Shown here piece by piece: positions 1 through 12,254 of a stretch of 64,000 nt of DNA. The DNA is from a virus, in the IMG/VR virus record IMGVR_UViG_3300005253_000946. One strand, 5' to 3'. A program made the position numbers and the translations under genes. Within the stretch, counting starts at the first letter, position 1; the number at the start of each line of letters is the position of its first letter. The notes under the pieces were generated by a model. That model saw only the letters and a program-made list of their open reading frames with translations. It was not told the origin of the DNA and ran no database searches.

Positions 1-307
1 AGCTCCTCCATTATGCGATGGAAGTCTGTCCACTGTCTGCCATTTTTGTCCTGGCAAGCATTAATAAAGGACATACCACCTCCGCCTGCTTCTTGGAATG
101 ATTCAGGTAATTGGCCGAGCATATCTATAATCACAGACGCTTTCTCTTCTAAGCGCCCAGGATGGAATCCAAACTTGGTAGTAATACCATCTACCAGTAC
201 GGCTTCGTCAGGTGTTTTACCGTCTATAACTTCATCATCGTTATACAGACAGTATTTCATGGTCTCTTGGACTAAATCGCTTGTAAGTTCCATTTGTTAA
301 ATCTCCT

Positions 308-673
308 TTAGAATATGTTGCTATCTTTTAAGTATTTGCCGAGTAGCTTCCTTAGATCAGCGTTCTTCTTCATTATCTCTGTTGTCGGTAGAGCACGGAT
401 ACAGTTGAATGCCTCACAAGCTTTAGGTCTGTGATCGTAGATGACACATTTGTCGTCTTCTAAGAACGGACAGGGATCTGCTGCAAGCTTAAACATATCT
501 CCATCAGAAAAGATATATTTTATAGGGTTTTTCTCTAGAACTAGTAACAGTCCTATAAGATTATCAGCTTCCGACCTATTGATTTCTACTGCCATTTGCT
601 TACAACAAATCCCCGTACATAGATGACATGGAGGGTCTAATTTAGCTAACCGTTCAGCCTGCTCTTTACTCAA
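308..673 (-). CDS. YkgJ-like cysteine-cluster (Zn/Fe-chelating) protein
   Basis: CHLCTGICC at the N-terminus and CPFLEDDKCVIYDHRPKACEAFNC, the typical Cys pattern of this family. Confidence 0.75.
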   Translation of the reverse strand: MSKEQAERLAKLDPPCHLCTGICCKQMAVEINRSEADNLIGLLLVLEKNPIKYIFSDGDMFKLAADPCPFLEDDKCVIYDHRPKACEAFNCIRALPTTEIMKKNADLRKLLGKYLKDSNIF

Positions 674-1236
674 ACGCTATCACCTATAACTTTAGCTTCA
701 GGTATATTGGGGTATGTTCCCATAACTTTCTCAATTTCAACACAAGTATTTTGGATCAAAGCTATTGGATCCATCTTTGATAAATCCAGGAGATAGAGGT
801 CATTGTAGTTGAGAGTGTTGGCATCTAATGCTTTACGAAGCCGTTCTATTTCTAGTTTGCTTGGTAGATCCTCTACTGCTGCACGGATAAATGCCTTAAC
901 TATACAATCTGCTAAGTCTCTTATACGAACAGAATCTGGTTTAATAAAAGTGCTACCACGTTCACCTAACATAGTTTGCGGCTGTCCGGTAAAAGGCCTA
1001 CAAGGGTCTATGGAGTTATCGAAAATACCTTCAACAGCATCTACAATTTCCTGCGGCATACCTATTAACGTGTCTTTAACGTTGTCGGATGAGACAAATA
1101 CAGTCTCACCATTTAGAACTATCTCTATCCCTCCATCTCTCTGGGCGACCCCGAAAGTACCTTGATCGGTTTCGATCCCAATTGCATTAAAAACGTCACC
1201 TAAAATTAATTCGTTGTTCTCTATCTTGAGTTTCAT
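670..1236 (-). CDS. hypothetical phage protein
   Basis: 188-aa ORF overlapping the next gene by 4 nt; SD-like GGAG upstream. Confidence 0.6.
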   Translation of the reverse strand: MKLKIENNELILGDVFNAIGIETDQGTFGVAQRDGGIEIVLNGETVFVSSDNVKDTLIGMPQEIVDAVEGIFDNSIDPCRPFTGQPQTMLGERGSTFIKPDSVRIRDLADCIVKAFIRAAVEDLPSKLEIERLRKALDANTLNYNDLYLLDLSKMDPIALIQNTCVEIEKVMGTYPNIPEAKVIGDSV

Positions 1237-1564
1237 TCTTTTATCTCCAAAAAGTGTTTGTAAATAGATTTTACTGGTTAATACTCTTATGACGTAAAAT
1301 CGAAAGATTTAACAGTGTTAAAACTCTATACTTTTCTATGAGCTAAAGCTCTGTGTTTTAAAAGAGTTAGAAGTGTTGCTCCGAAACATTTACTAGACCA
1401 CCTAGGTGTAGTGACTTCTAGAAGTTCCCCATTTAGTTCAAATATCCCAACGAACCAGTTACCTTCGGCAGCGATTATCTTTAGTCTATACATGTCCCCT
1501 AACACCAAACCTTCAGGGAAATGCCCTGAAGTATTTGGGTCAGGGAGTTCTGTACATATAGCTA

Positions 1565-2302
1565 TCACGCTACATCATCTTCGCTAGGGAAAGGTACGTC
1601 TTCCCCTAGTTGATGGCGTCTAAATGCTGCTAAAGCGTGAGGCACGTAAGGTTCTATCATCTTAAACATGACGTTGGCATAAGCCTGTATCTCTGGTTGT
1701 GCATGTGAGTCCATACGTAGCTTCAGAAAGTGCATCAGATTCTTTAGATCTATCTTCCAGTACCATTCGGTATATACAGCTAACGGCAGTACTATCCTGG
1801 CTAATTCTTTAGCTACACCCTGCTCTATGTAGGAAGAGTATAGACGGTAACTGGTCTCCATATGCGCCATCATGGAGTCCTGGATGTTTTGAGCATCGAC
1901 AACAGTTACGCCATCACTACCTTGCTTATTTTTAGTATCCTGGCCTTGGATACGGCTTTCTTCTGGCACATAGAAGTGATTCTTCATTTCAGAGTATCGG
2001 CCTGAATACTCATTTACCGAAGCTGTACGATGCCTGATCCATTGTCTAGCAATAAAGATAGGCATTTTGGCATGGAACTTAAACTCGGCCATTTCGAACG
2101 GACCTGTGTGTTCATTTCGAAATAGGTAGTCAAGTAGTTTCGCATCCTCTCGTAATTTTGTAGTTCCTTTACCATAAGATACACGTGCGGCTTCTACGAT
2201 AGCGGAGTCGTCTCCCATAACGTCTATAAGACGTATGAATCCAAACTCATGTATACGGGTTGCTCCTTCAGGTATCTCTGTGGCTATATTTCTAATGCTC
2301 AT
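1565..2302 (-). CDS. thyX: FAD-dependent thymidylate synthase
   Basis: ThyX signature RHRTASVNEYSGRY, plus EHTGPFEM and ELARIVLP. Confidence 0.97.
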   Translation of the reverse strand: MSIRNIATEIPEGATRIHEFGFIRLIDVMGDDSAIVEAARVSYGKGTTKLREDAKLLDYLFRNEHTGPFEMAEFKFHAKMPIFIARQWIRHRTASVNEYSGRYSEMKNHFYVPEESRIQGQDTKNKQGSDGVTVVDAQNIQDSMMAHMETSYRLYSSYIEQGVAKELARIVLPLAVYTEWYWKIDLKNLMHFLKLRMDSHAQPEIQAYANVMFKMIEPYVPHALAAFRRHQLGEDVPFPSEDDVA

Positions 2303-2529
2303 TTTAGTCTCCTTGTGCTAGACGTTCTTTATGTAATGTATAGCGCCTAAGATTTGATCTACGTTGCCATCGACAAAGACGGATTTGTATTCCATACCCA
2401 TTTTATCTTCTTCTTTAATGTCCTCGGTAAAGAACTTAAGCATATTGGGTGGAAGATCGTCGACCTCCCACCCTTTATCTTCCATACGCTCAATTTCTTC
2501 TGGAGTCATCAACCCGATTATGTAAGCCA

Positions 2530-3564
2530 TTAGAACTCAATCTCCACTCCGTACCTACCGTCACCCTTGTTGACTATTATCAGTCCTGTATAGGCGCAGG
2601 TAGGTATAAATGATGGCACTGACGCACCACCTTCAACTTCGGTGAAGATCACATCCATAGATACCTTATTAGGTTTCTGTTTAAGCGTTTGATCGTTTAC
2701 GTTTTTGACCTTCACAGGTTGGTTGTTTCTATGGAATTTGTCCATAGCGTCTTTTTGAGTGATAGAACCATGCCCGTCATTCAGTTTGAATACGTGAGGG
2801 GAAACACTCATTTGAGATACTATAATACCGCGTGACTCTAATTCCTTCAGACGTCTAACCACTGTCTGCGAACTAAATTTGACATGCGATGCTATTAGAC
2901 CTGTGTTTACCCACGTACCTTTTTTGGTATCCGACAAGACTTGTACGATATTGGTTATCTGTTCGTCCCGACCCTTCTTTGTAAAAGTCCTCTTCTTAAT
3001 AGGGGTAGGACTTTGTATATCAGCCCAGAAGTCTTTTGGTATTGCATTGGCACAAAGTTCGTACTTAAATGGGCTTGCATGGGTGTTTCTACGAATGAAA
3101 CCGTGTTTGCTTAAGCTGTTTAGAGTTCCATATAAGGTGGCTATCTTAGGTATATACGACTTTACTTGTTCATGGATTACTTTTGCTGGCACCGACCTCA
3201 TAACGAGCGGTCTTTCTAAAAATGATTTAACTACAATTTGTTTATTACTCATTTTATTTTTATCAGTTGATTGCGGAGTTTTCATGTCATTCCCTTTCTC
3301 AAGTAGTTGGATTATTTTTTTGTTGGCGTTATTACTTGCCTTACGTTTGGGGTAGGTAGCCATATGTAAGTCTACAGAGGTTTGGTAATCTTGAGAGAAG
3401 ACACCTGTTTGTCCTAGACAGCCTCCAACGTTAAACTCTTTGAATGTAGGTTCATTCAAGGCTTTTATAAACTCAGACCTCCTATCAGGGTCTGTTTTGC
3501 ATTCTTCTATTAATATGTCGAACATTTGATTGAACAGTGCGACTTGTTGTGTGTTGAGAAACAT
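2530..3564 (-). CDS. protein with two winged-helix-like DNA-binding segments
   Basis: LYGTLNSLSKHGFI and IASHVKFSSQTVVRRLKELESRGII resemble wHTH recognition helices. Confidence 0.5.
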   Translation of the reverse strand: MFLNTQQVALFNQMFDILIEECKTDPDRRSEFIKALNEPTFKEFNVGGCLGQTGVFSQDYQTSVDLHMATYPKRKASNNANKKIIQLLEKGNDMKTPQSTDKNKMSNKQIVVKSFLERPLVMRSVPAKVIHEQVKSYIPKIATLYGTLNSLSKHGFIRRNTHASPFKYELCANAIPKDFWADIQSPTPIKKRTFTKKGRDEQITNIVQVLSDTKKGTWVNTGLIASHVKFSSQTVVRRLKELESRGIIVSQMSVSPHVFKLNDGHGSITQKDAMDKFHRNNQPVKVKNVNDQTLKQKPNKVSMDVIFTEVEGGASVPSFIPTCAYTGLIIVNKGDGRYGVEIEF

Positions 3565-3677
3565 ATAACCTCCTTTTGATTAGTAGTTCGTTGACTAGGG
3601 TTTAAATATTGTGGTACTGTTTCTAAGAATTAGGTTACTAATATCTGCAGACAAACAATTTCTAGGAGAACTTAAAA

Positions 3678-3887
3678 ATGGCCTTGAAAAATACAGCCAA
3701 AATCTTTACTCGCGTTTTAAACGACGCTAACGACTTAACTGATCTCGAAGCTGAGATAGCTGCTTGGCTTGTCAGTGACACTACTGTAGAAGCAAAAGCT
3801 CCTGTGTCTACCAACGTAACGCAGACAGTTGATGGTCGTGGCTTGATTACGATGACTGTAGTAGTGGTTATCGGGTCAGCAGTCTAA
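3678..3887 (+). CDS. small protein, tandem paralogue A (Cse60/DUF2758-like)
   Basis: 69 aa; AGGAG RBS; near-identical to 3924..4136. Confidence 0.75.
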   Translation: MALKNTAKIFTRVLNDANDLTDLEAEIAAWLVSDTTVEAKAPVSTNVTQTVDGRGLITMTVVVVIGSAV

Positions 3888-4123
3888 TTTAATCAACAAG
3901 TTACTTTTTAGGAGAACTTAAAAATGGCCGTATTAAAAAACGCAACTAAGATTTTTACTAGAGTATTGAATGACGCTAACGATCTAACTGATCTTGAAGC
4001 TGAGATACAAGATTGGATCGGTGTTACCAACACTGTAGAGGCTTTAGCTCCTGTGTCTACCAACGTAACGCAGACAGTTGATGGTCGTGGCTTGATTACG
4101 ATGACTGTAGTAGTGGTTATCGG
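3797..4123 (+). repeat. 78-bp identical direct repeat (3797-3874 and 4046-4123) within the tandem gene pair
   Basis: AGCTCCTGTGTCTACC...GTGGTTATCGG is identical in both copies, offset 249 bp. Confidence 0.9.
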
Positions 4124-4136
4124 AGCCAATCTCTAA
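3924..4136 (+). CDS. small protein, tandem paralogue B (Cse60/DUF2758-like)
   Basis: 70 aa; same leader TAGGAGAACTTAAAAATGGC as paralogue A. Confidence 0.75.
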   Translation: MAVLKNATKIFTRVLNDANDLTDLEAEIQDWIGVTNTVEALAPVSTNVTQTVDGRGLITMTVVVVIGANL

Positions 4137-4429
4137 TAGAGATAGCTAAGGGCATTACACCCCTATTATCAGGAAGCCGCTTCTACAGCTGCTTCCTTCT
4201 TCGCTTTCCAGCGTGACCGGCCGCGTGACTTTTTGTCTGCGGCCTGTTCGCGTTTCTTCTTACCAGGAAGGTTTTTATAAGCCTTTACAGACTTATGCAC
4301 GGCCTTACTGATCTGTTTCTTGTCTTTGCTTTTTCTCATCGTATACTCCCTAAGTCCTGGTCCAAAAGAACAGCCCACAGACAGGTAACCGCACCAAGGT
4401 TGGTGCTCAAATAGTTAAAGGAGTTTAGC

Positions 4430-5128
4430 ATGTATCCATACTTTCGCCCCCTATATTTCCCTCAACTTTTCCAGGTTCATGGAGAGGCTACTTTAGATGG
4501 CCCAGATCCTATAAAGAATTTGGAGTTCCTCTATAATGGAGAACCAGTACCGAAGAACTTCTACGTTCTAGATTGGAATAAGTCTCTCGATATAGCATCT
4601 AAGCGTTACGGAGATAGGATCCCTATTTTCCCTAATGCTCCTGAATGGTTAGACGATGTAGATAAGGCAGTTTACGTATTATCCTCTAATTATGTAGATG
4701 GTGTTAGAAAAGCGGCGAAGTTAGCTGTAAGTGCCTGGAATGAGGAATGGTACTTCGATACTATAGTTAGAGATCAAGGTCTTAAACCGGCTATAGAGTA
4801 CGTGTACTACGCTTTCTATTTACTAGCAGATTGTCTGTACGATTTAGAGACTAAGTATTTTGCCAGACACCCTCTTAGGTCGATACTTCCACAGATATTA
4901 GCCTTCGAGTTTTGGTGGTTCCAAACAGGTAGCGGTAACATCTTGGAACATTCTAAGACACCTTCTGTTGCTGATGTAGAGCGTTCTATGCAGGCAGGAG
5001 CGTCTTCTATTAATGAAATACAGCTAGAGTGGTCTAAATATGCTGAGGATCGTGTGATGGCCTTAGATGTCTCTCTAGAGGAAAGACGTACCATATCCGC
5101 TGATAAGGTATTCGGTACACCTGAATAA
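4430..5128 (+). CDS. hypothetical protein
   Basis: 232-aa ORF with AAGGAG RBS, ending at a convergent hairpin. Confidence 0.7.
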   Translation: MYPYFRPLYFPQLFQVHGEATLDGPDPIKNLEFLYNGEPVPKNFYVLDWNKSLDIASKRYGDRIPIFPNAPEWLDDVDKAVYVLSSNYVDGVRKAAKLAVSAWNEEWYFDTIVRDQGLKPAIEYVYYAFYLLADCLYDLETKYFARHPLRSILPQILAFEFWWFQTGSGNILEHSKTPSVADVERSMQAGASSINEIQLEWSKYAEDRVMALDVSLEERRTISADKVFGTPE

Positions 5129-5139
5129 GCTAAAAGAAA

Positions 5140-5167
5140 GTGGGGGATGGTTAAGTCCGTCCCCCAC
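5140..5167. terminator. hairpin between convergent genes
   Basis: GTGGGGGATGG-TTAAG-TCCGTCCCCCAC with an A-tract on the left. Confidence 0.6.
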
Positions 5168-5828
5168 GTTCTGCATCTGATCTACTAAAGTGATTAGCTG
5201 AGTAGATGTGGTATTCACAATCTCCGTCTAAGCAGCAATCGTCTGGGTTACAGCGTCCTCTATAACCAGGCTCACACGAAATTACGGCTTCACTACTACA
5301 AGGCATTAAGTCCTCTATAAGACAACTACACCCACTATCGCTGCTAACTAAACCGTCAAAACCTCTCTGTATTAGATGTTTTTTCACTATTCGGTAGACG
5401 CTTATATTCCTAGTAATAACTTCTTCTACATCATTATCATCAGGTATCCTAGGAAATACGAATGGATCCATTAGTCGACACCTCCTTCTGTGCTATCAAT
5501 TCTTGTACCTCTGTCTGTGTTAAAAAGGCCAAGGCTTTTATTTCTTCCGGACACTCACCCCATTCCTCTTCGTACAGCATACCGCAGTTCAGCCATTCAT
5601 CTATTGCTAAATCTGTACCTGCGGCGACATCTCTGAGGTGTAGGTAGATAGTTTGACACCTCAAACACCTCTTAATAGTTTCGGCGGTACCTTCGTAACC
5701 TACATTTGTTCTTTGGTATTTGTGGCCAGGTTTGATGAAGTCCCCACAAGCACTACATTTATGCTTTTTCCTGGCAACTACTCCTTTAGTCTGGTAGAAG
5801 CTGAATGCCTCGTCAGATTCGAATCCCA

Positions 5829-6281
5829 TCAGTTCTCTCCTACGCGCCCGTAGTCAGGATGTTTGTTCTGCATATGGCTATGAAGGTCTTTGAACTCCTT
5901 ATCGCAGTAAGGACATTTACCTGCAGCTAGACGCTTCTTTACTTTAGTTACTTGGCCTTTGTAGCTGTTTCTGGAGCGTTCTATAGTTTCTTTGTCTTTC
6001 TTCTCGTCTATATAATAACTGTAATGACGATCAGCTTTAGTATTAGCGTCTACAAGCTCTGACTCTATCTTCCTGATCTGGTCTTTAAGCTTCTGTTCTT
6101 CGGTAATACCGTTGTAGCTTTGTGGGTGTCCTGAAGGGCAATAAAAGGTATCATGGTCTTTACGACGCCTCTTTTGAAAATCTTGAGGTATCATAAAAGG
6201 AATAGCACATTTGCAACACTCTTCTAATATCATTTCTATGGTAACTCCATAGTTAGTTCCTCTTCGATTTAATGTCTGCAT
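5829..6281 (-). CDS. zinc-finger/coiled-coil phage protein
   Basis: CCKC, CPSGH, and C-terminal CPYC...H...H. Confidence 0.55.
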   Translation of the reverse strand: MQTLNRRGTNYGVTIEMILEECCKCAIPFMIPQDFQKRRRKDHDTFYCPSGHPQSYNGITEEQKLKDQIRKIESELVDANTKADRHYSYYIDEKKDKETIERSRNSYKGQVTKVKKRLAAGKCPYCDKEFKDLHSHMQNKHPDYGRVGEN

Positions 6282-6894
6282 TAGATATATTGCTCCAGTT
6301 CTTTATCGTGTATAAGCCACATAGGAAGTTCTATCCACTTTTCGTCTTCTTCGTGATGAGAAATTAATGATTTAGGTATCCACACTTCTCTCTCATCTAT
6401 AAGGAATAGTTTAGCGTCAGGGGTCTAGTGGAGGAAATCATCGTAGTAGACACAGCATATTTCGTCTTCATTCACAAAATCGGGATCGTTATCATAAACC
6501 ACAGCTATTCCTTTTGTGTACAGAGTCCGTCTTCTATAAACCTTTCAGCCATTCTGCCATAACTACCTTGTAGCTTCCATACCAGTCCCGAATCAATCAG
6601 CTTCTGGAAGCCATTTACGATTTCTGAGTGTTCGAGATAACCATCTTCATATCTTATTATAAATTCGATGTGATCGAATGATTGTTCTGTATCCACTTCA
6701 AGTTCCTTTAGTTAGAGGAGCGGTACGAGGACAGAATACGCTAAGTAAACTATCCCCGTACCACAAAAAGAGAAGGAGTGAGTATGCCCAGACGCTAGGA
6801 GCATCTTTCAAATCAAGGAGGAACATACTCACTCGGCGGCTGTTGTTCAGGTATTATGGGACCTACGTCACCTGCCGCTGGACGTTAATCTGTA

Positions 6895-7473
6895 TTAACC
6901 CATAAATCCCTCTTGAAAGCTAGAGCGTTGTTGTTTGTAGAAGTGTTCTAACTCCCTTATAACATATTCAGCGTACTCTTTAGAGAATTCTTTAGCTAGT
7001 TGATGTTCGAGATCACAAAGAGTTAAATACATAGCATCTCCTGATAAGAACTGTCTTCCTAACACAGCAGCGAACATCTGCAGTTCTTTAGATAGAGGAG
7101 GGAACTTACGTTCTATATCGTCGTAATCTATCTCAGGTGGTCTACGGCCCTCAGCGATGTCCTTACGGTGTGTGTTACCTATATTAGCGCAACAACCTTC
7201 ACCGGCATACAGCTCTTTACGGTAATTCTCTCCTAGTTTGCCTGGGAGCTGCATTAACCTACACACGTACTTGGTTTGACTCTCATCCCAGGCTAATCCA
7301 GGACATCTGGTATGGTTACCGTAAGCACGTAGAGACGCTTCACAAGGAGCTTTTTTACAACAGAATCCACTACCTATACACGGAGTGACATACATTATTC
7401 GAAAAGCGACAGGAGCAAGAATACAAAACCTACTACCCCAGACACCACAGACAGTATAAAGATCATATCCCAA
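6895..7473 (-). CDS. Cys-rich protein, YkgJ-like
   Basis: CIGSGFCCKKAPC...CPGL...YVC...GCC. Confidence 0.45.
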   Translation of the reverse strand: MGYDLYTVCGVWGSRFCILAPVAFRIMYVTPCIGSGFCCKKAPCEASLRAYGNHTRCPGLAWDESQTKYVCRLMQLPGKLGENYRKELYAGEGCCANIGNTHRKDIAEGRRPPEIDYDDIERKFPPLSKELQMFAAVLGRQFLSGDAMYLTLCDLEHQLAKEFSKEYAEYVIRELEHFYKQQRSSFQEGFMG

Positions 7474-9975
7474 AAATCAGCTCGTTGGCTATTTTCGTCT
7501 TGGTTCGGCATCTCTTTCTCCTTGTAAATATTCTTCGGTGACTACTAGTATTTCGCCAGACTTTAACAACTCGGCAGCTTGTTTAAGAGATTCAGTTGTT
7601 CCGTATTCAGATTCATGGTGACCACCATCTCCGTGAATATTAGCTAAAATATTAGATATAGGGTTTGCTGCTTCTTTATCGTCGACTCTACCTCTTTCAA
7701 GTGCAGTAGCGATCCGCTCTAACGCATTAGCTATTTTAGGAGCAGTGCCTTCATAGAATCTCTTACCTATTACCGTTTGAAAAAATTCCATTACCTATTC
7801 TCCCTAAACAAAGGTTTAAGACATTCAGCTCTCTGCATCGGATCTTGTATCTCTGCACAAGTCTCTCTTAAAGCCTTAGCGTTATCTTCTGCTTCTGTCC
7901 CAAGTGGACCAAAGCAATACACGCAGCTATGAGCACAGGCTAGTATAAATATAGCTATGCCGATTATACTCCACATCTCTGATGTTGCTGCCCAGGCTTC
8001 TACTCTAACTACTCGTGGTTTCTTTTCTTTTTCTTCAGACATAGGGGAGTTCCTTTTCCATGGTTTATTGTTGCAGCTAGGACAAATGAAACCTAGTTTC
8101 AAAGGACAAGTACACCATTTATCGTTATCCATTATAGTCCCAACTCCTTCGTTCGTTCGATTGTTTTTAGTCTTCTTAATTCACACCATTCATAGGCAGC
8201 TTCCCACATCTTCTGCTCACAGGTAGCACACATAGTATATGAGGGGCCTTTACCCTCTCCCATATAGACAGGCCTAAAGTTAAGAATAATCTTCTTACTG
8301 GTAAAGTCGCTATTATCCAACTTCTTACCACAAAGTTCACAGTTACCTTCATCTAACAGCTTATCTAATTTATCGAATAAGCGTCCTAGGAATCTTTTTC
8401 GCATTACAGCAGCTGGCCCTTCCTACGCATAAGGAAGTACACGCCAGGACCAAACTCAGACTCAGATGCACTAAGTATATGACAGTGTACACACGTACCG
8501 TCTCCAGTACATTCACGGTAATCAGCCTGCCTACGTAGGAGCCAGTTATAATAACGTGCCTTACTACGACGATACCAATTGTATACTTTTGTTATATACT
8601 GGATAATAGGTAAGATTTGAGCAGCATCTTCGACTGTAAACTCTGTTTTGTAGTACCCAATAGATTTATCCACAACCACACTCCAGATCTTCCATAGTAC
8701 ATTTAAACTCTATCATCTGTTTCTTACGTACCTCATCAGTTGTACATTTAAGGCCTTGAGACATACGCCAAAGTTTACCTTTAGTAGGGAAGTCCCAACC
8801 CATCTTTTCACAGATCGCCTTTAGAATAGGAGCACCATAATTCTGGTAAGAGATCTCTTTGTTTTTTATCTTATAGACGAGATCATCTTTACCTAATAAC
8901 CACATCCACTCTGTCATCTTTTCTATAGTACGGCTGGCGGAAAGGCTTCGGTGGTTTTTTGCTTTTCTTTTGCCATAGTCTTCCATATAAGTCTTAGCTT
9001 CAGCTTCAACACCGTCTAAGGGTAGTGGGTAATCTTTCCAGTTTTGTTCTGAAGCATCCTCTTTTAAGAAGGCTTTAGCGTTATCCCAATCTAAGTAAGG
9101 TAATAACACATCCAGTTCAAATCCTAAAAAGGAGTCTTCTTTAATTTTGTTGATACGATCAACTATCTCTTGTTGTGTTTTCATAATAAAAACCTCCTAC
9201 ACACCTTATAACTGTTTTTGGTCTAAGTTTTCTTACCCTCTTCTGATTTAGTGTTGTGTTCTGTGTTTAGGATCATCAAACATTTACCTTTGAATTCCTT
9301 AGTTTTAGAAGACAGAGTAGTTCTTTTTGTAGGACTTATACCTAGAGGTATATCTATCTTCACATTTGCGTAACCATCACCCATGTCATACATAAATCTA
9401 GTTCATCCATCAGACACTGTTCGTCTGCGGCAGTGTACCTACCATACCACTCACCTGAATCTACCTTCTCGAATAGAGACGCACCTACGTTTCTAGTGAG
9501 TAGCTTTTCGAAATGTTTAGGCATCAATAACTCCTTAATGTTTTGCTACTTCCTATACCACTTATAGGGTCTAAAAAATCACCCCAATGTAGAATCTTTC
9601 CTTCCTTATCTAATTGTTTTACTGCTTTTACTAGAGGCGAATATTCTTCTGAATCTTTTTCCATAAATTGTTGTTCTATATCCCTACAGCTATAACATAT
9701 GGAGTAAAGAACCAAAGCCTCTGTAATCTTGTCTCGTACTTCATTAGCGCCCTTCCCCTCCTTGTGGTATAAAAGACTCACTGTTCCCCTACCTTCTTTA
9801 TCTTGACCACAAAGCATACATTGATTACTTACTGAGGCTACAGATGCGACTATTACCTCTATATACACCCAGGTTAAGATTACTGGGGTATCTCCATCAA
9901 ACATACCTTCTTTCTTAATCTGTATAAGTTCTTTTCTGAGTTCAGTTTTTACTTTTTTAAGATCACTCGATTTAA

Positions 9976-11100
9976 TCATTCTCTTGATACCTCCTCTTCA
10001 GTAGGTTTAACTTTTATAACGTACTGTTTTTTAGACTCTCGTAGGTATCTACCTCTGGTATGGGGTTCGATCCAAATCAGTTTGTGTTGTGACCATCTAA
10101 TGCCACAAGCTTGCCATCGGCCATGACCTCGAACACGAGTTTGGACTGTAATCTTTATACCAGTTTTTTCAGAAGGTTTATTAACCTCTTCCTCTGTTTT
10201 AGGTCCTACTATGATGTAAGAAGGTCTTACGTTGTGAAGCTTTCTCTCAAGCTTTTTACGCTTCCCGGAGCTTTTAGCCCGTTTCAACTTCTTTCTAATC
10301 TCTACTTCGTCATTAAAGACCTTCATCATGTCTGGAGTTTTAGAGGTTAGGTACAGGCACGTATTCAAGACGAACCTGAACATTTCTTTGGTCCGCTCAT
10401 AATTCGGACCCATGATATTATTTGCTTCGTTCTTGTACTTCGCTAGAAAAGCTTTTAAGCACTCGTCTGCTGTAGGCTTGTTTAGTACGATATAGAACCA
10501 AGTTACAGCGTCGTCTATGACTTCATCTCTTATAGTGCCCCCAGCTAGCTCTACGATTTTTCTAGCGCTCTTTTCTTCACCAACTCCACAGATATACATC
10601 CTTCTATCTTCTTTGGGCTGATCTGGTGGTAAACACACATAGATACCAGTTAAGTTGTGTTCACCAGATAGTTGGTTCCATATCTGCATAATAGGTGGAG
10701 CTGATATATAGAAGAATTCGAAGGGTGTCTTTATTGACTCTGTAGGCACCTTATTGAGTTTAGTATATAGCAGTCTGTCAGCCATTTCAGGTAGTATATG
10801 GAAGATACCTTTACCGGCTTTCTGTAAACCCCACATTTGATACATAATATGTAGAGAGGCTACAATAGATGCCGCATCATAAGATACCTCGTCCTCTTCA
10901 GATAATCCATAGAGGTTAAACATTCTCCCAGTGAGTTCTCCTACAGCTTTTGTATTTAAAACATCGGTAAATGTAGGAAATTTCTTACCACATTCTTTGG
11001 CAGCTCTATCCATCAATTTCATCGATGCCTTTGCAGTAGTAGATCGACTCATCTTCTCGAAGTGAGTAAGCTTTACTTGATGTTTCATCAGCCTGTCCAT
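9976..11100 (-). CDS. conserved large-phage hypothetical protein
   Basis: 374 aa; C-terminal VRGHGRWQACG...IWIEPH motif common in phage proteins of unknown function. Confidence 0.6.
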   Translation of the reverse strand: MDRLMKHQVKLTHFEKMSRSTTAKASMKLMDRAAKECGKKFPTFTDVLNTKAVGELTGRMFNLYGLSEEDEVSYDAASIVASLHIMYQMWGLQKAGKGIFHILPEMADRLLYTKLNKVPTESIKTPFEFFYISAPPIMQIWNQLSGEHNLTGIYVCLPPDQPKEDRRMYICGVGEEKSARKIVELAGGTIRDEVIDDAVTWFYIVLNKPTADECLKAFLAKYKNEANNIMGPNYERTKEMFRFVLNTCLYLTSKTPDMMKVFNDEVEIRKKLKRAKSSGKRKKLERKLHNVRPSYIIVGPKTEEEVNKPSEKTGIKITVQTRVRGHGRWQACGIRWSQHKLIWIEPHTRGRYLRESKKQYVIKVKPTEEEVSRE

Positions 11101-12200
11101 TCTATGTCGACAGAAATCTCGCCGTCTGCGACTTTACATGTACCGCCTTCAATTACGTCACGGCCTAAAAACTTCCCACCTTTAAGTTGAGGGTTGTCAT
11201 TTAATACCTTTTTAGTGAGTATGATTTGATTTGGTGTAAAGCCTCTTTCGGCTAGAGACTTCATAGCATCGATTACGTCAGAAACATTAAAATTCAATAT
11301 ATCCATGCCTGGTGTTAATTCCTCGTATAGGTCTCTCATGCTTGCTCCTCGATGGCTAAAGGGGTGTTCCCCCTTGTTTGTGTTACGTGAGTACTTATTC
11401 TAGTACTCACGTCTTCCTGCTCCTACGAATGCGCCGATGATATCTTTGGTAACATCAACGATGGCTTCACGATTTGCAGCACGCTCTTCCCGCTCAATAG
11501 TTTCTATTTCACGGTTGTGGCGACGCCGTTCGGACACTTCCGATTTTAATATTTTAGTTTGCTTTTCGTCTTCCGTTAACTCCTCGTGAAAGGACACAGA
11601 GACTTCACCAAAATCGACTCGTTCACTTGCCTTAGTGTCATTCAAGTGTGCTTTTCTACTCATAATAATCTCCTCCTAGTAAAAGGATGTGGGTTGTAGT
11701 TTTTGCCTTCATAAATCTTATGGCACTAATTAGCCGATTATTTCACTAATAGCTAAGGGATTTTACTCCCTTTTGACCCACGCCCGTAGGCGAGGCCAGA
11801 CACGTAGATAGCACCAGTACACGACCGCCGCCGCCATAAATACCAGTACTTCGAAACACGCTGCTAGTAAGATTTCCACGATGGTCTCCTAACTGTCTAA
11901 GTATGCGACGCCGTTTATTGTGAATTGCTTGACTCCATCTATAAAGACGGAGAATTTGTTATTCGCTACTTTGTCGCACACTGCTTTGAATTCTCTTTCG
12001 ACGTCTTCGACTACAGCGTGTATAATGGTCTCAGACGAATTTCTAGTTTCCCTAATCATTAATTTGACCGTATCCGCGTCCTTAACCACACTGCTGAGTA
12101 CTTCTAGGCCTGTCATTAGTTTCATTGTTAGTCTCCTTAGAATGAGTGTTTTTGCCTTCACTATTCTTATACCACGTAAGTGCTTGTTATTTCAGGGCAA

Positions 12201-12236
12201 AAAGAAAGACACCTACTAGAGGTGTCTTTCTTTCAA
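12201..12236. terminator. intrinsic terminator
   Basis: AAAGAAAGACACC-TACTAGA-GGTGTCTTTCTTT. Confidence 0.75.
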
Positions 12237-12254
12237 ACTACGCATAGTAGTTCA

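Noticed and set aside
9222-9524. Two short overlapping ORFs (about 55 aa each) suggesting a frameshifted gene
   Set aside because: No recognisable domain or slippery site; a pseudogene, two small genes and a sequence error cannot be told apart.
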